Below, in pieces: positions 1 through 14,689 of a stretch of DNA of 64,000 nucleotides (its first letter is position 1; the number at the start of each line of letters is the position of its first letter). The stretch comes from the human T2T-CHM13v2.0 reference genome, Homo sapiens. Below the pieces are notes generated by a model, which saw nothing but the letters and a program-made list of their open reading frames with translations, ran no database searches and was not told the origin of the DNA. The stretch lies in the NCBI RefSeq assembly GCF_009914755.1, contig NC_060927.1; one strand, 5' to 3'. A program made the position numbers and the translations under genes.

Positions 1-402
1 AGACCTAGTGGTTATCTCCTTTGTTCCCTGAACATCGCTGTTATCCTGTTCTTTTTTCAAGATGCCCAGATTTCATATTGCTTAAACAATTTGTACAGTT
101 AATGCAATCATCACAGGATCCTGAGGTGACATACATCCTCCTCATCTTATGAAGATGACAGGATTAAGAGATTAAAGTAAAGACAGGCAGAGGAAATCAT
201 AAGAGTATTGATTGGGGAAGTGATAAATGTCCATGAAATCTTCACAATTTATGTTCAGAGATTGCAGTAAAGACAGGCATAAGAAATCATAAAAGTATTA
301 ATTTGGGGAACTAATAAATGTCCATGAAATCTTCACAATTTATGTTCTTCTGCCATGACTTCAGCCAGTCCCTCTGTTCAGGGTCCCTGACTTCCCACAA
401 CA
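1..402 (-). mobile_element. MER11-family LTR (HERVK11/HML-8), 5' part, cut by the window edge
   Basis: Reverse complement begins TGTTGTGGGAAGTCAGGGACCC...GCAGAAGAACATAAATTGTGAAGATTTCATGGACATTTAT. It contains the typical ~89-bp internal tandem repeat (about 177-255 and 266-345). Confidence 0.9.
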
Positions 403-448
403 ATTGGATTTATAAGGACATAATCCCATCATAAGTCAAGGAGCATCT
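403..448. mobile_element. Terminal fragment of a Tigger4/MER46-like DNA transposon
   Basis: ccatcataagtcaaggagcatctg resembles the Tigger4 end ccatcgtaagtcgaggagcatctg. Confidence 0.55.
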
Positions 449-1594
449 GAACATAAATAGGGTTTACTAGGGTTGCTTTTAACTCATTCTAATGGTCTAT
501 GACTCTAAATTATTTCTTAAAGGAGGTTCATACAAAACTGAGACCCTTGCCACAGTATGTTTTAGAGCAATCAAGACCACAGAAGAAAAAAAAAAGTTGC
601 TATTTTCCCATAAACTGCATTTTTAGTGAAAGTCAGTTTTCTAGAAATTTCTACTTTCATTTGAGAGTTTACTATACTGGGAACCCTGGTCTGAAAGGCA
701 TAATGCCTGTCATTTAGTCCTTCTACCCAAGAGCCTTTTATTATTGGTAAATTCTATTTCATTCCTATTCATGATGTACTATAACACCAAGAGCATTGTC
801 CTGAATGTTTACTTTGTGTTTTATGTGTGAGCTCATCTCACTTTGTAAAGCAATCAAGTCATTATTGGGCCAACTCTCTGAAGTTGAGTAGTTTTCTAGA
901 ATTAAAGGAATGGTAGGGTTTCCTGTGGTACCATATTGAAAATCTGTCTCATATTTCTGTTCCACTTTAGCTCCCAAGCTTTCCTTCATTGAAGGGAGTG
1001 AGATTGAATTGGGGATACCAGGAACCTGGTTTTGTTTTGGATGATTTTTAGTAAGTTATTTCTATTGAAGAAACTTCTTCAATAAGAAAACACAAACTAC
1101 ATAAGTGCCCATGATTTTCTAATTAAGCAAGTTCTGCTGTTACTGTGGGGTCACTGATGACTAACAATCTCATTCAGTCTCTGGGGCCCACAACTATTCT
1201 GATATTTCAACAACTAGAAGGAAAACCCGTAGCCTATGGACATGTGAATGCCAATTATTCTCTTGAACATGACCCAGAAAAACCTGCAGCACACCTGCCA
1301 ACTCTCACAAGCAGGTGCTAGCCTTGTGTCTGTGTCCCTGTAGGACACTGATCCTTTTTCTTACCATTTACAGGGATTCTCAAACTTTCAACATTTCTGT
1401 GTGATTGAATTGCAATGTTACAAAAAAAGGAAAAGAAAGGATATATAGGCCAAAACTTGATGTTTAAAAAGACTGGCTTCCCCCAAAAAAATAGAAATTA
1501 AAATGCTTTAGTTCTAATACTTTTTCAGAAAATAAAATCAATACGCATTTGATGTAAAAGTTACATTCTAACAAAAATAAAAACCTCTAAGTGA

Positions 1595-1712
1595 ATATAT
1601 GTATATATATATTCATATATGTATTCGTATATGTATACATGTATATATATATATGAATATATAAAATACATATTCATATATGTATATATGCACATATATA
1701 TGCATATATATA
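1595..1712. repeat. Degenerate (TA)n/(TATG)n microsatellite
   Basis: Alternating TA-rich tract. It explains the spurious Y/I-rich ORF 1561-1758. Confidence 0.9.
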
Positions 1713-4700
1713 TGCAAGAGTCTTCAATATGATAGAGGAGTAATTCTCTTTTGAACATTCACTCAAAACAACTCTAATTTAGGCTTTTCATCATGGATAA
1801 AAAGAGTTCCTGGAAATTTGTACAACTAATAAGTTGGTGCCTTAGACCTGATGTCTGTATCTTTATCAACATTTTTTGATAACTGGAAATTGTAGCTGTT
1901 CCATATTAAAATGGATTTAATATTCTATTTCAATTTTGTGGCAAGTGCCAAACTAGGAGAAACTGTTAACATTATGGGAAAGTTACGGGCTAAAGTTTCA
2001 TTCAGCTTCTTGTACCAGCTGACACCTGGCTGAACCCAAGGACACTGCTTCTTTTCCTGTCCTCTCATGAGACTGCTGTTTTTATCCCACAGCTTAAGTG
2101 ACTCTGTATGAGCAGAATGAGGTTGACACATGTCCTTCCAGATCCTCATTGCTATTTCCAGAACTTTTTCCTCTCTTCACTTCCAAAAACCTCAGCTCCT
2201 TTGAGATGCATGCTCAAAGCCTATGTCATCTGCTGTTCCCACATCCTACAGCCACCTCCTAACTCCTCAGACATCGTTCTTATTTCATTGTTTTCCTCTC
2301 AATTCTTGTCATTGTTCTTGGTTATTTCAACATGACTGAAAATCCGGTCAATGTCATAGACACACTGTCCCTTGCCTTACTTTCAATTATCTTTTCCTCT
2401 ACCACTTTACCTCCCTCAGCAACTTATTTTTGCTCATCTCCAAAATATCAGTGTCAACCTTCTCATTCTTTATGCACCCTCTCACTAATTCTTATTGAAA
2501 ATGACCACCTAAGATTGCTGGCCTAACCAGATTATAACACAAGAATGCCCTCAATAAGAAGGCATGTATTAGAGTCCTGGAAGTGAAGAAGAATGAAAGA
2601 TAGTAGTGGCAATCAGAAGTTATTTCAAAATAAAAAGAGAAAACCCTAAGAGGAAAAAACAAAGATGGCAAATGCTACTAAAAAAAAATCAGATTCCCTC
2701 TACTGACATGCCCTATTTATCAATAGCATTCGTATGTGTGAACCTTGGTCAAGAGTTTATTAGGAAGAGGAAGTGGAGCAAGATGACCAAATAGAAGCCT
2801 TCACCAATCATGCTCCCCCATAGAAACACCAAATTTGACAACTATCTACACAAAAAAAGCACCTTCATAAGAATCAAAAATCATGTGAACAAGTACAGTA
2901 CCTGGTTTTAACTTTATATTGCTGAAAGAGGTACTGAAAAGGATAGGAACGACAGTCTTGAATTGCTGATGCCACCCTTCTCCATCCCTCCAGCAGCAGC
3001 CGTGTGATGTGGAGAATCTATGTGCTTGGGGAAGGGAGAGTACAGTAATTGTGGGACCCTGCATTGAACTCAGTGCTGCCCTGTCACAACTATTAATAAA
3101 AGCAAAACCAGGCTAAACTCAGCTGACACCCATCCATGGTGGAAGTATTTAGACCAGCCCTAGCCAGAGGGGAATCACCCATCCCAGTGGTCAGAACTCA
3201 GAGTACCAGCAAGCCTCACCACTGTGGGCCACAGGGCTCTGGGGTCCTAAATAAACTTGAAAGGCAATCTAAGCCACAAGGACGAAAATTCCTATGCAAG
3301 TCTTTGTGCTGTGCTGGGCTCAGACCCAGTGGACTTGGAGGGCACATGACCTTCTGAGATACCAGCCAGATGGCTAATGGAGTGCTTGTGCCACCTCGCT
3401 CCTCCCAATACCAGGGAGTGCAATTTGCAGCAATAAAAAAAGCAACTCCTTACTTCTGCTCGAAGAGAGGAGAGAAAAGAGTAAAGTGGACTTTGCCTTG
3501 CATCTTGGATATAGGGCACTAGACAGAGTTGTGAGGCCCTCATTCCAGGCCCAAGTTCCTGGATTACACATGTAAACACACCCTAGGCCAAAAGGAAACA
3601 GATGTCTTAAAGGGAGGACCTAGTCCTTGCAGGATTCACCACCTGCTGACTAAAGAAACCTTGGATAACCAGCAGCAATACCCAGGTAGTATGCCATAGG
3701 CCTTGGATGAGACTGAGAAGACCTGACTTCATGTGAGAACCAGCACACTCCCAGCTATGGTTGCTGCAGGGAGAGACTCCTTCTGTTTGACAAAAGTGGA
3801 AGGAAAAGTAAATAGGACTTTGTTTTGTACCTTAAGTACCAGCTCAATCATAGAGCAACCACTGGGCTCTTGAGGTCCCCAAATCAAAGCCTAGGGTCTT
3901 GAATGCTATTTCTGGACTTGTCCTGGACCAGAGGAGCAGACTTCCTGAAGGGTGAGTCCCAGGCCAGGGAGCATTCACCACAAGCTGACTTAAGAGGTAT
4001 TGGGCCTGAAGATAACATCAGCTGTAGTCTGGCAGTACTCCCCATGGGCCTGTGGTGGTGGCGGCCATGGGTTGAGGCTCCTCTGCCTATGGAAAAGGAA
4101 GGGAATAGTGGAAAGGACTTTGTCCCATGGTTACAGTGCCAGCTTAGCCACAATATAATAGAACATCAGGAATATTTTTAAGGTTTTTGACTCCAGTTGC
4201 TGGTTCCCAGATGGCAGCTCTGAACCCACCTAGAGGCTGGGAAAACTTGCTGCCCTGAAGGGAAGTGCAAAAATCTGACTGGCTTTGCCACCTCCTGATT
4301 GTAGAGCCTTAGAGCCTTAACCAAACAAAGGTTACAGTCAGATAGTTGTTACACTGGGCCTTGGGCAAGACCAAATGATGTGCTGGCCTCAGGTCTGAAC
4401 CACTGAGGTCCCAGTTGTGGTGACCAAAGGAGTGCTTGGGTCCCCATGACCTCAGCTCCAGGCAGCTCAGCACAGAGAGAGAGAGACTCCATTTGTTTGA
4501 GAGAAAGTAGGGGAAGAGAACAAGAGTCTTTGCCCAGTAATTCATAGAATTTTTCTGTATCTTATTCAAGACCACCAAAGTGGTATCTCTACAACTTTGC
4601 AAGAACCACAGCATTACTGGGCTTCAAGTGTCCCTAAAGCAGAAACTGTTTAGATAAAACAACACGTAAGCCCATTCAAATATCTGAAAAGCCTTCCCAA

Positions 4701-5904
4701 GAAGGATGGGTACAAACAAGCCCAGACAGTGAAGACTACAATAAACACCTAACTCTTCAATGCCCACACACCAAAGAACATCTACTAGCACCAAGACCAC
4801 CCAGAAAAACATGACCTCACCAAATGAACTAAATAAGGCACCAGGACCAGTCCTGGAGAAACCGAGATATGTGACCTTTCAGACAGATTATTCAAACCAG
4901 CTGTTTTGAAGAATCAAAGAAATTCAAGATAATATAGAGAAGAAAATCAGAATTTTATCAGATAAATTTTTAAAATAGATTGAAATAATTAAAAGGAATC
5001 AAACAGAAATTCTGGTGTTGAAAAATGTGATTGACATACTGAAGAATGCATCAGAGTCTCTGAATAGCAGAATTGATCAAGCAGAAGAATTACTGAGCTT
5101 GAAAAAATGCTATTTGAAAATACAGTCAGAGGAAACAAAAGAAAAACAATAAAAAACAAAAAAGCATGCCTACAAGATCTAGAAAATAGCCTCAAAAGGG
5201 CATATCTAAGAGTTATTAGGCTGAAAGTGGAGGCAGAGAAAGATATAGGGGGTAGAAAATTTATTCAAAGGGATAATAAAAGAGAACTTCCTAAACCTAG
5301 AGAATGATATCAATATTTGAGTTCAAGAAGGTTATAGAATACCAAGCAGATTTAACCCAAAGAAGACTACCTCAAGGTATTTGATGATCAAACTCCCAAA
5401 TGTCAAAGATAAAAAAGGGATCTTAAAAGCACACAGAGAAATAAAACAAATAACATAAAATGGAGCTCTAATACATCTGGAAGCAGACTTTCAGTGGAAA
5501 TATTACAGGCCAAGAGAGAGTGGCATGACATATTTAAAGTGCTGAAGAAAAAAACTTTTACACTGGAATACTATATCCAGCAAAAATATCCTTCAAGCAT
5601 GAAGAAGAAATAAAAACTTTCCCAAACAAACAAAAGCTGAGGGATTTCATTAACACCAGACCTATCCTACACAAGAAGTGTTGAAGGAGTTCTTCAATCA
5701 GAAAGAAAAAGACATTAATGAGTAGTAAGAAATAATCTGAAGGCACAAAACTCACTGGTAATAGCAAGTACGCAGAAAACACAGAATATTATAACACTGT
5801 AACTGTGGCGTGTAAGCCACTCATTTTAAGCAGAAAGACTAAATGATGAACCAATGAAAAATAATGACTACAACAGCTTTTTAAGACAAAGAGAGTACAA
5901 TGAC

Positions 5905-6120
5905 TGGCTAGGCATGGTGGCTCATACCTGTATTCCCAGCACTTTGGTAGGCTGAGTCAGGTGGATCATGTGAGTCCAGAAGTTCAAGACTAGCCTGGGC
6001 AACATGGTGAAACCCTGTCCCTACCAAAAATACAAAAATTAGCCAGTCTTTTAACACAATCTCCAAATAAATAAATACATAAATAGATTAAAATTTTAAA
6101 GTAAAATTTAAAAAATTGGA
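5905..6120 (+). mobile_element. Short Alu-derived insertion: left monomer, linker, ~20-nt non-Alu segment and A-rich tail
   Basis: Alu left arm runs to tacaaaaattagcc, then agtcttttaacacaatctcc and (aaat)n. Flanked by the direct repeat agagtacaatga (about 5891-5902 and 6126-6137). Confidence 0.8.
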
Positions 6121-6389
6121 AACAAAGAGTACAATGAGATATAAATTAAAAAATAAAAATTTAAAAATTGGGGGATAAAGTGCAGAATTTTTACCAGTTA
6201 TCTTTTTGCTTGTTTATTTATACAATGAGTATTAAGTTGTCATTAATTTAAAATAATGGGTTATATGATAGTATTTGCAAGCCTCATGGTAACCTCAAAT
6301 TTTAAAACATACAATGAATCCATAAAAATAATAATAAAAAATTAAATCATAACACAAGAGAAAGTCACTTTCACTAAAAAGAAGACAGG

Positions 6390-6670
<281 letters not shown>

Positions 6671-9600
6671 AGACAGGAAGGGAAGAAATAAGGAAGAGAA
6701 GACCATAAAACAACCAGAAAACAAATAACAAAATGGTAGACGTCCTTACTTATCAATAATAACATTTAATATCAATGGACTAAACTCTCCAATCAATCAA
6801 AAGATATGGAGTGGCCAAATGGATTAAAATAATAAACAAAACCCAATGATTATTAAAAACACACTTCACTTATAAAGATACACACAGACTGAAAATAAAG
6901 GGATGGAATTGAAACCAAAAAAAAAAAAGAGCAGGAATAGCTATACTTATATCAGACAAAATACATTTCAAGATAAGAACTGTAAGAAGAGACAAAGAAG
7001 GTCGCTATATAATGATAAAGGAGTCAATCCAGCAAGAGGATATAACAATTTTAAATATATATCCCCTCAATACTGGGGCACTCAGGTATGTAAAGCAATA
7101 TTATCAGAGCTAAAGAGAGAGAGAGATCCCAATACAGTAGTAGCTGGAGACTTCAACACCCTACTTTAAGCATTAAACAGATCTTCCAGACAGTAAATCA
7201 AAAAAGAAACCTCAAACTTAATCTGCACTATAGACCAAATAGATCTAATAGCTAGCTACAGAACATTTCATTCAGCAGCTTCAGAATACACATTATTTTC
7301 TCAGCATGTGGATCATTCTCAAGGACAGACTATATATTAGGTCACAAAACAAGTTTTAAAGTATTAAAAAAAATACCAAGCATCTTCTCCAACCACAAAG
7401 AAATAAACCTAGAAACCAATAACAATATACATTTTGGAAACTATACACGTAATCAAAATTAAACAATACGCTCCTGAATGACCAGTAGGTCAATAAAGAA
7501 ATTAAGGAGAAAATGGAAAAGTTTATTGAAACAATGATAATGGAAACACAACATACCAACACCTATGGTATGCTGTGTTTGTGTATATTGAACCATCCTT
7601 GCATCCCAGGGATAAATTTATCCCAAGGATAAACACTCCCTTGCCAGTAATAAGAAGCAAATTTACAGCCATAAATACCTACATTAGAAAAGAAGGAAAA
7701 CTTCAAATAAACAACCTAACAATGCATCTTAAAGAACTAGAAAAGCAAGAGCAAGCCAAACACAAAATTGAAGAAAATAGAGAATAAAGATCAGAGCAGA
7801 AATAAATGAAATTGAAATGAAGAAAACAATACAAAAAATCGATGAAACAAAAAGTTGGTTTTTTGAAAAGTTAAACAAAATTGACAGACCTTTAGCCTGA
7901 CTAAGAAAAAAGGGAGAAGATACAAATAAAGAAAATCAGAGATGACAAAGGAGACATTACAACTGATACTTCAAAAATTCAAAGGATCATTAGTGGCTAC
8001 AATGAGCAACTATGTGCCAATAAATTGGAAAATCTAGAGGAAATGGACAAACTCCTAGAAACATACAACCTAACAAGATTGAACCAGGAAGAAATCAAAA
8101 ATCCGAACAGACCAATAACAAATAATGAGATTAAAGCTGTAACAAAAAGTCCTTGAGTACACAAAAGCCCAGGACCTGATGGCTTCACTGCTGAATTCTA
8201 TTAAACATTTAAAGAAGTACTAACACCAATCCTACTCAAACTATTCAGAAAAATATCGTGAGGAGGGAATACTTCCAAACTCATCCTACAAGGCCAGTGT
8301 TACCCTACCACCAAAACCAGACAAAGACCCATCAAAAAAAGAAAACCACATTCCAATATCCCTGATGAATGTTGGTGCAAAAATCCTCAACAAAATATTC
8401 ACAAACCAAATTCAACAATACATTTAAAAAACCATTCATCACAATCAAGTGAAATTTATCCCTGGGATGCAAGGATGGTTCAACATACACAAATCAATCA
8501 ATGTGATATATTATATCAACAGAATGAAAGACCAAAAAAAGATTATCTCAATTGATGCTGAGAAAACATTTGAAAATATTCAACATCCCTTCATGATAAA
8601 ACCCTCAAAACCTGAGTATAGAAGGAATATACCTCAACACAATAAAAGCTGCATATGACCTACTCACAGCTAGTATCATATTAAATGGGGAAAAAGCTGA
8701 AAGCCTTTCCTCTAAGATCTGGAGCATGACAAGGATTCCCATTTTCACCACTGTTATTCAATATAATACTTGAAGTCCTAGCTAGAGCAATCAGAAAAGA
8801 TAAAGATAAAAAGAGCATCCAAACTGGAAAAGAAGAAGTCAAATTATCCTTGTTTGCAGATGATATAATCCTATATTTCGGAAAACCTAAAGACTCCACA
8901 AAAAACTCTTAGAACGGATAAACAAATTCAGTCAAGTTGCAGGATACAAAATCAACATACAAAAATCAGCAGCATTTCTATATGCCAATAGTGAACAATC
9001 TGAAAAACAAATCAAAAAACTAATACCATTCACAATAGCCACAAACAATTAAATAGCTAGGAATTAATCAAAAGAGTGAAAGATCTCTATAATGAAAACT
9101 ACAAAACACTGACAAAAGAAAATGAAGAGGACACCAAAAATGGAAAAATATTCCATGATCATGGAATAGAAAAATCAATATTGTTAAAATGTCCATACTA
9201 CCCAAAACGATCTACAAATTCAATGAAATCCCTATCAAAATACTAATGACATTCTTCACAGAAATACAAAAATACAATTCTGAAATTTATATAGAACCAT
9301 AAAAGACTCAGGATAGCCAAAGCTATCCTAAGCAAAAAGAACAAAACTGGATGAATCACTTTACCTGACTTCAAAGTATACTGCAAAGATATAGTAACCA
9401 AAACAGCATGATACTGGCATAAAAATAGACACATAGACCAATGCAACGGAATAGAGAACCCAGAAACAAATCCACACACCTATAGTGAACTCATTTTTGA
9501 CAAAGGTGCCAAGAACATACACTGGGAAAAAGACAGTCTCTTCAATAAATGGTACTTGGAAAACTGGATATCCATATGCAGAAGAATGAAACTAGACCCC

Positions 9601-10964
9601 TATGTCTCACCATATACAAAAAATCAAATCAATATGGATTAAGGACTTAAATATAAAACCTCAAACTATGAAGCTACTTCACAAAAACATTGGGGAAAAT
9701 CTCCAGGACATTGGTCTGGGCAAAGATTTCTTGAGTAATACCCCATAAGCACAAGCAATCAAAGTAAAAATGGACACATGTGATCACAAGTCAAAAACTC
9801 CTGCACAGCAAAGGAAACAATCAATAAAATAAAGAGACAAACAATTTCTCCTATTCTTGGAGAAAATATTCACAAACTACACATCTGACAAGGGATTAAT
9901 AACCAGACTACTATAAGAAGCTCAAACAACTCTATAGGAAAATATCTGATAATCCAATTTAAACAATGGATAAAACATTTGAACAGACATTTCTCAAAAG
10001 AATACATACCAATGGCAAAGAGACACATGAAAAGGTGCTCAACATCATTGATCATCATGGAAATGCGAATCAAAACTACAATGAGATATCATTTCACTCC
10101 AGTTAAAATGGCTTATATCCAAAAGACTGGCGATAATAAATGCTGATGAGGACATGAAGGAAAGAGAACCCTAGTACACTGCTGGGAATGTACATTTAAT
10201 TATAACCACTATGAAGAACAGTTTGGAGGTTTCTCAAAAAACTAAAAATATGACGACCCAGCAATTCCCCTGCTAGGTATATACCCAAAAGAAAGGAAAT
10301 CAGTATATCGAAGAGATATCTGCACTCCCATGTTTGTTGCAGCTCTGTCCACAATAGCCAAGTTTTGGGAGCAACTTGAGTGTCCATCAATAGATGAATG
10401 GATAAAGAAAATGTGGTACATATACACAATGGACTACTATTTAGCCATTAAAAAGAATGAGATTCAGTCATTTGCAACAACATGGATGGAACTGGGGGTC
10501 ATTATGTTAAGTGAAATAAGCCAGACACAGAAAGACAAATATCACATGGTCTCATTTATTTGTGGGATCTAAAAATCAAAACAATTGCACTCATGGAGAT
10601 AGAGAGTAGAAGGGGAGTTATCAGATACTGGGAAGGGTAGTGAGGGGGGTGGTGGACAGATGGGGATGGTTAAAGGGTACAACAAAAAGAGTTAGAATTG
10701 ATGAGTAAGGTCCAGTATTTGATAGAACAGCAGCATAACTATAGTCATTATAATTTCATTGTACATTTTAAAATAACTAAGAATATAATTGGATTGTTTG
10801 TGACATAAGGATAAATGCTTAAGGGGATGGATATCCCATTTTCCATGATGTGATTATTACACATTGCATGCCTGTATCAAAACATCTCATGCACACCATA
10901 AATATGTACACTTACTATGTAACCATAAAAATAAAAATTTAAAAATAACAATATATTTTTAAAA

Positions 10965-11451
10965 GTTATACATAAACACATACATTAGCCTAGGCCTACA
11001 CAGCATCAGGATCATCAATGTCATTGTCTTCTACCCCTATTCTTATTTCACCCTGAAATAAGGTCTTCTGGGGCAATAACATGCATGGAGCCATCATTCC
11101 CTTGGATAACAATGCCTTCTTCTGGAATACTTCTGAAGGACCTACCTGAGGCTGTTTTACACTTTTTTGGTAAGTAGAAAAAGTATACTTAATAATAATG
11201 ATAAAATGTATAGTACAGTAAATATAGAAACCAGTAACATAGTCATTTATTATAATTATCAGTTATGTACTGTACATAATTGTATGTGCTATACCTTTAT
11301 ATGACTGCTAGCACAGTAGGTTTGTTTATACCAGCATCACCACAAACACATAAGTAATGTGTTGCTCTATGATGTTACAATGGCTACGATGTGGCTAGGC
11401 AATGAAAATTTTTCAGCTTCATTATAATCTCATGAGACCACCATCATATAT
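10965..11451. mobile_element. Tigger3/MER7-type DNA transposon fragment
   Basis: cattagcctaggcctacacag...ggataacaatgccttcttctggaatac...ccagcatcaccacaaacac matches recalled Tigger3 sequence. Confidence 0.75.
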
Positions 11452-11460
11452 TTGGTTAGA

Positions 11461-11523
11461 GAGAGAGAGAGGCAGAGAGAGAGAGATCCTGTTGGTTTGG
11501 TTTCTCTGGAGAACTTCTAATAT
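11461..11523 (+). mobile_element. (GA)n followed by the 3' end of an MLT2 (ERVL) LTR
   Basis: atcctgttggtttggtttctctggagaac resembles the MLT2 terminus atcctattggttctgtttctctggagaaccc. Confidence 0.55.
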
Positions 11524-12988
11524 ATTCTTCCTTTTTCAAGAAAGGCTTCTATCCTACATCATGTAGTCTTTTATCTCCCAACAACAGACAGCTTCCCACC
11601 TAAGTCTTATACAAGCAGCTTCTGTTTCTCTCCCAGTTGTCTTTAGATCTATTTCATCTCACCTATTTCACATAACAGCATTTGAAGTCAACATCATTAG
11701 ATTATAGATAATGAAGCTGAGGCTCAGAAAAGATCAGTAACTTCCCCAGGCTTCTACAATTAGTTATACTGCCAGATGTGAATCCGTAATAATGAAGTGT
11801 CAGACACATACTCTTTCTAATTACTGTCGAACTATTCATTTTTGTAAGTATGCAATGTGTGGCACAATGCCTGACACCTATTAGACACTTTATATGTGTA
11901 CCTTTTGGCTTTCAATTACAATAAAAATTGTACTGTTAATTCCTTCACTGGAAGATGTCATTCTAAAAACTTGTCTTTATAGTCTATTGGGCTTCTCAAG
12001 CTGCTGAATGAGTCTGAAAATTACCCTCAGGTAAATTCTATACTTTCCACTAGTGATCACATGCTGATTGCTGTCACACAATTTTCTGATTTTTTTTCAT
12101 TATAAATAAACCAAGTGTTGAGGTCCAGGACTTGGTAATAACTATTCTACTTATTCACCTCCGAAGAAATGGAAATCCCTATGGTACGTCAGAAACTTCA
12201 GAAATGTTTTGAAAGTTAAACAAATAGATCGTTCATTCATATATTGACCCTTGTTCTAAGTTGTTTAATGAATTTGGACTTTGAATATATGCTCGTTTTC
12301 TTCCCTTAATGACGCAAACTCTTCTAGGATTTAGATTTAGTGGGGAAATATGTTCCCAATCTGGAAAGTTTTGCATGTTTATGGATATGTATTTAATAAA
12401 GATATAATTCATAATTAGTTTTCCGTGAAAGGATCCAACTTAAGTTTTAAGCCCACTTTAATAAGGGGGTTTCCTTTTGAAAATAATTGTTTGCAATGGA
12501 AAATTTTTAAAAACAAAAATTCCCACAGGTAAATGAAAGGGTGTTTTTAGTGTTTCTAAGTCAAATGGAGCTTCACCTTCTTTCTCTCAATTTTAATTGT
12601 GAAACCATGTTTCATGCCTATGATTCTTTGAATTGTGCATTTCCACCTGGTTTTAAGTTAAGCACTCAAGAGAAGCTCCAAGAGGAGTTCTTAACTATCT
12701 GAAGAACAATGAAGCTGCCGGAGCCTATAGATATTATTTGTGTGGTACAAATCATTAATGGTTCATTATGACAAATACCTTCTGTGTGAGAAGCTAAGCT
12801 CTGTGGCTATAGAGAAGTAGATGGTCCACTTGCTCAGTGAATGTGCAATCTAGCTAGAGAGATAGATTATGTTTCTAAACGATAACTTTAAAAATTGTTA
12901 TATGAACGGTATAAAACAAGTATGTCAAACATAGGGCCACTCCTACCATTGATATCTATGGGAGACATTCCCAATCAATCATACTTTT

Positions 12989-13295
12989 TGTCTTAGTTAG
13001 GACTGCTGTATCAGAAATACCATAGACTGGGCAGCTTAAACAACAGACATTTATTTCTCATAGTTCTGGAGGCTGGGAAGTCCAAGATCAAAGTGCCAGC
13101 AGATCCAGTGTCTCGGAAGGGTCATTTCCTGGCTTGTAAACAGGCTCTCCCCTGTCTCTTTTTATAAGAGCTCTAATCCCTTATGATCTAATTACCCGCC
13201 CCCACCCCCAAAAGCCCACTTCCTAACATCATCACATTGGGGATTAGGCTTCAACATACGAATTTGAGGTGGTCACAACCATTTAGTTTATACCA
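12989..13295 (-). mobile_element. MaLR LTR (MLT1A-like)
   Basis: tgtcttagt...accatagactgggcagcttaaacaacagacatttatttctcatagttctggaggctgggaagtccaagatcaa...ggcttcaacatacgaattt. Confidence 0.85.
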
Positions 13296-14370
13296 CTTCC
13301 TTTTCCCAATGAGCCTGGATAGAGCCTGAGTTTAATATCTTCTCAACACAATATAGTTGGTAGCCACCAGGAGTCAGAGTATGCATATGCAATGACATCT
13401 ATTTGCCATTCATGTACAAGTAACGCTTTAGGAGTTCAAAAGACAGTAAAGTCATGTAAGAATGGGACAGTACAGTTAAAAAAGACTTTTTAAGGACAGT
13501 GGGACATGATCTTGAAACACGAATGAAATGTAGCTTAGTAGACAGAAAGCTGAAAGCATTCAAGCAGAGGGAATGGTGTGAACAAAGGTATGCCAGTGAG
13601 TATCGGTTGAGTGGATATGGGATGGTGAAGAGACCTTGCAAATAAGAAGTTTTCCAACCTATTGCCTAACTCAATAATTGCTTTCCTATATCAAAAAGAA
13701 GATACAATAAATAGTAGTTTCTGATTCTACTCTTTTCCCCCTCCTTGAAGGATTTTAAGGCCCACTTTGTAAAACTCAGAACGACATATTCAGAAGGAAA
13801 ACTGACTTAAAAACCTTTATGGGCAACATTATCAGAAACCACAAACTTCAAAGAATATATGTCAGACTAAATCATTTACTCAAAGTATATTGGACATGAA
13901 GTAACTCAACAGTTAGAGCCTCTAATCTGCAACAAGAGTGGATGTTTGGTGAGGTTACACAGGAATTGTCGTGGTGCCCTGATTCATCCCCAAAAGGGAT
14001 TTGTTTTCAGCTCAGACACTGATCAGAATCATTTCAGGAAAAAGGCAGGGTATAATGAAGAGCAAAATAACAGAGTTGCAGCACACAGATGCAGGCCCTA
14101 GGCAGACAGCAAAAGACCTCAAAACAAAGAAGCATTTCCACAACATTAAATATTTAGGACTTAGCACTTAAAAATATTTAAAATAAGCTTCAAACAAGTA
14201 TGTAAGGAGAGACTGAGACTCAGCATTCTGAAATGAAAATCCCACTTTCCTTGCATGCCAGCAAAAAATAAAAATAGTGTGAGACAAGAGTAGCAATTTA
14301 CTCACAGCAAAACACAGACAAATGGAAGAAAAGAAAGTGCAGACTGGATGACAAGAGAGAATAAGCCCTT

Positions 14371-14422
14371 GGGGAAAATCTATCTGGTCAAGGGGGAAAA
14401 TCTATCTAGTCAAGGGGGAAAA
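14371..14422. repeat. Short tandem duplication, 22-bp unit, about 2.4 copies
   Basis: ggggaaaatctatct(g/a)gtcaag repeated. Confidence 0.85.
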
Positions 14423-14689
14423 GGTCAGAAATTAGTACACGGACCCATTACATGGTATCCATAGTTGTTGGATTACTTATGTTTGAGTCAAATTTCTTGA
14501 AAAGTCTATACGGTTGTTACTTTATAAGTGGGTTCAGTTGTTCTCAAATAGCCTTTTTAGTGTCTCCAAAATCTATTAAATAACTCCTTCAAATACAATT
14601 AGGGATAGCTGTTGGAAATAAAATAGATCTTGCTTAGCTATCAAATTCAAGATTCTGTGCTGAGAGTAGACCAGACTGATATCAGCAGC

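Noticed and set aside
12170-12330. CRE-like motifs (acgtca, tgacgcaa) as an enhancer
   Set aside because: Short motifs alone are insufficient without conservation or chromatin data.
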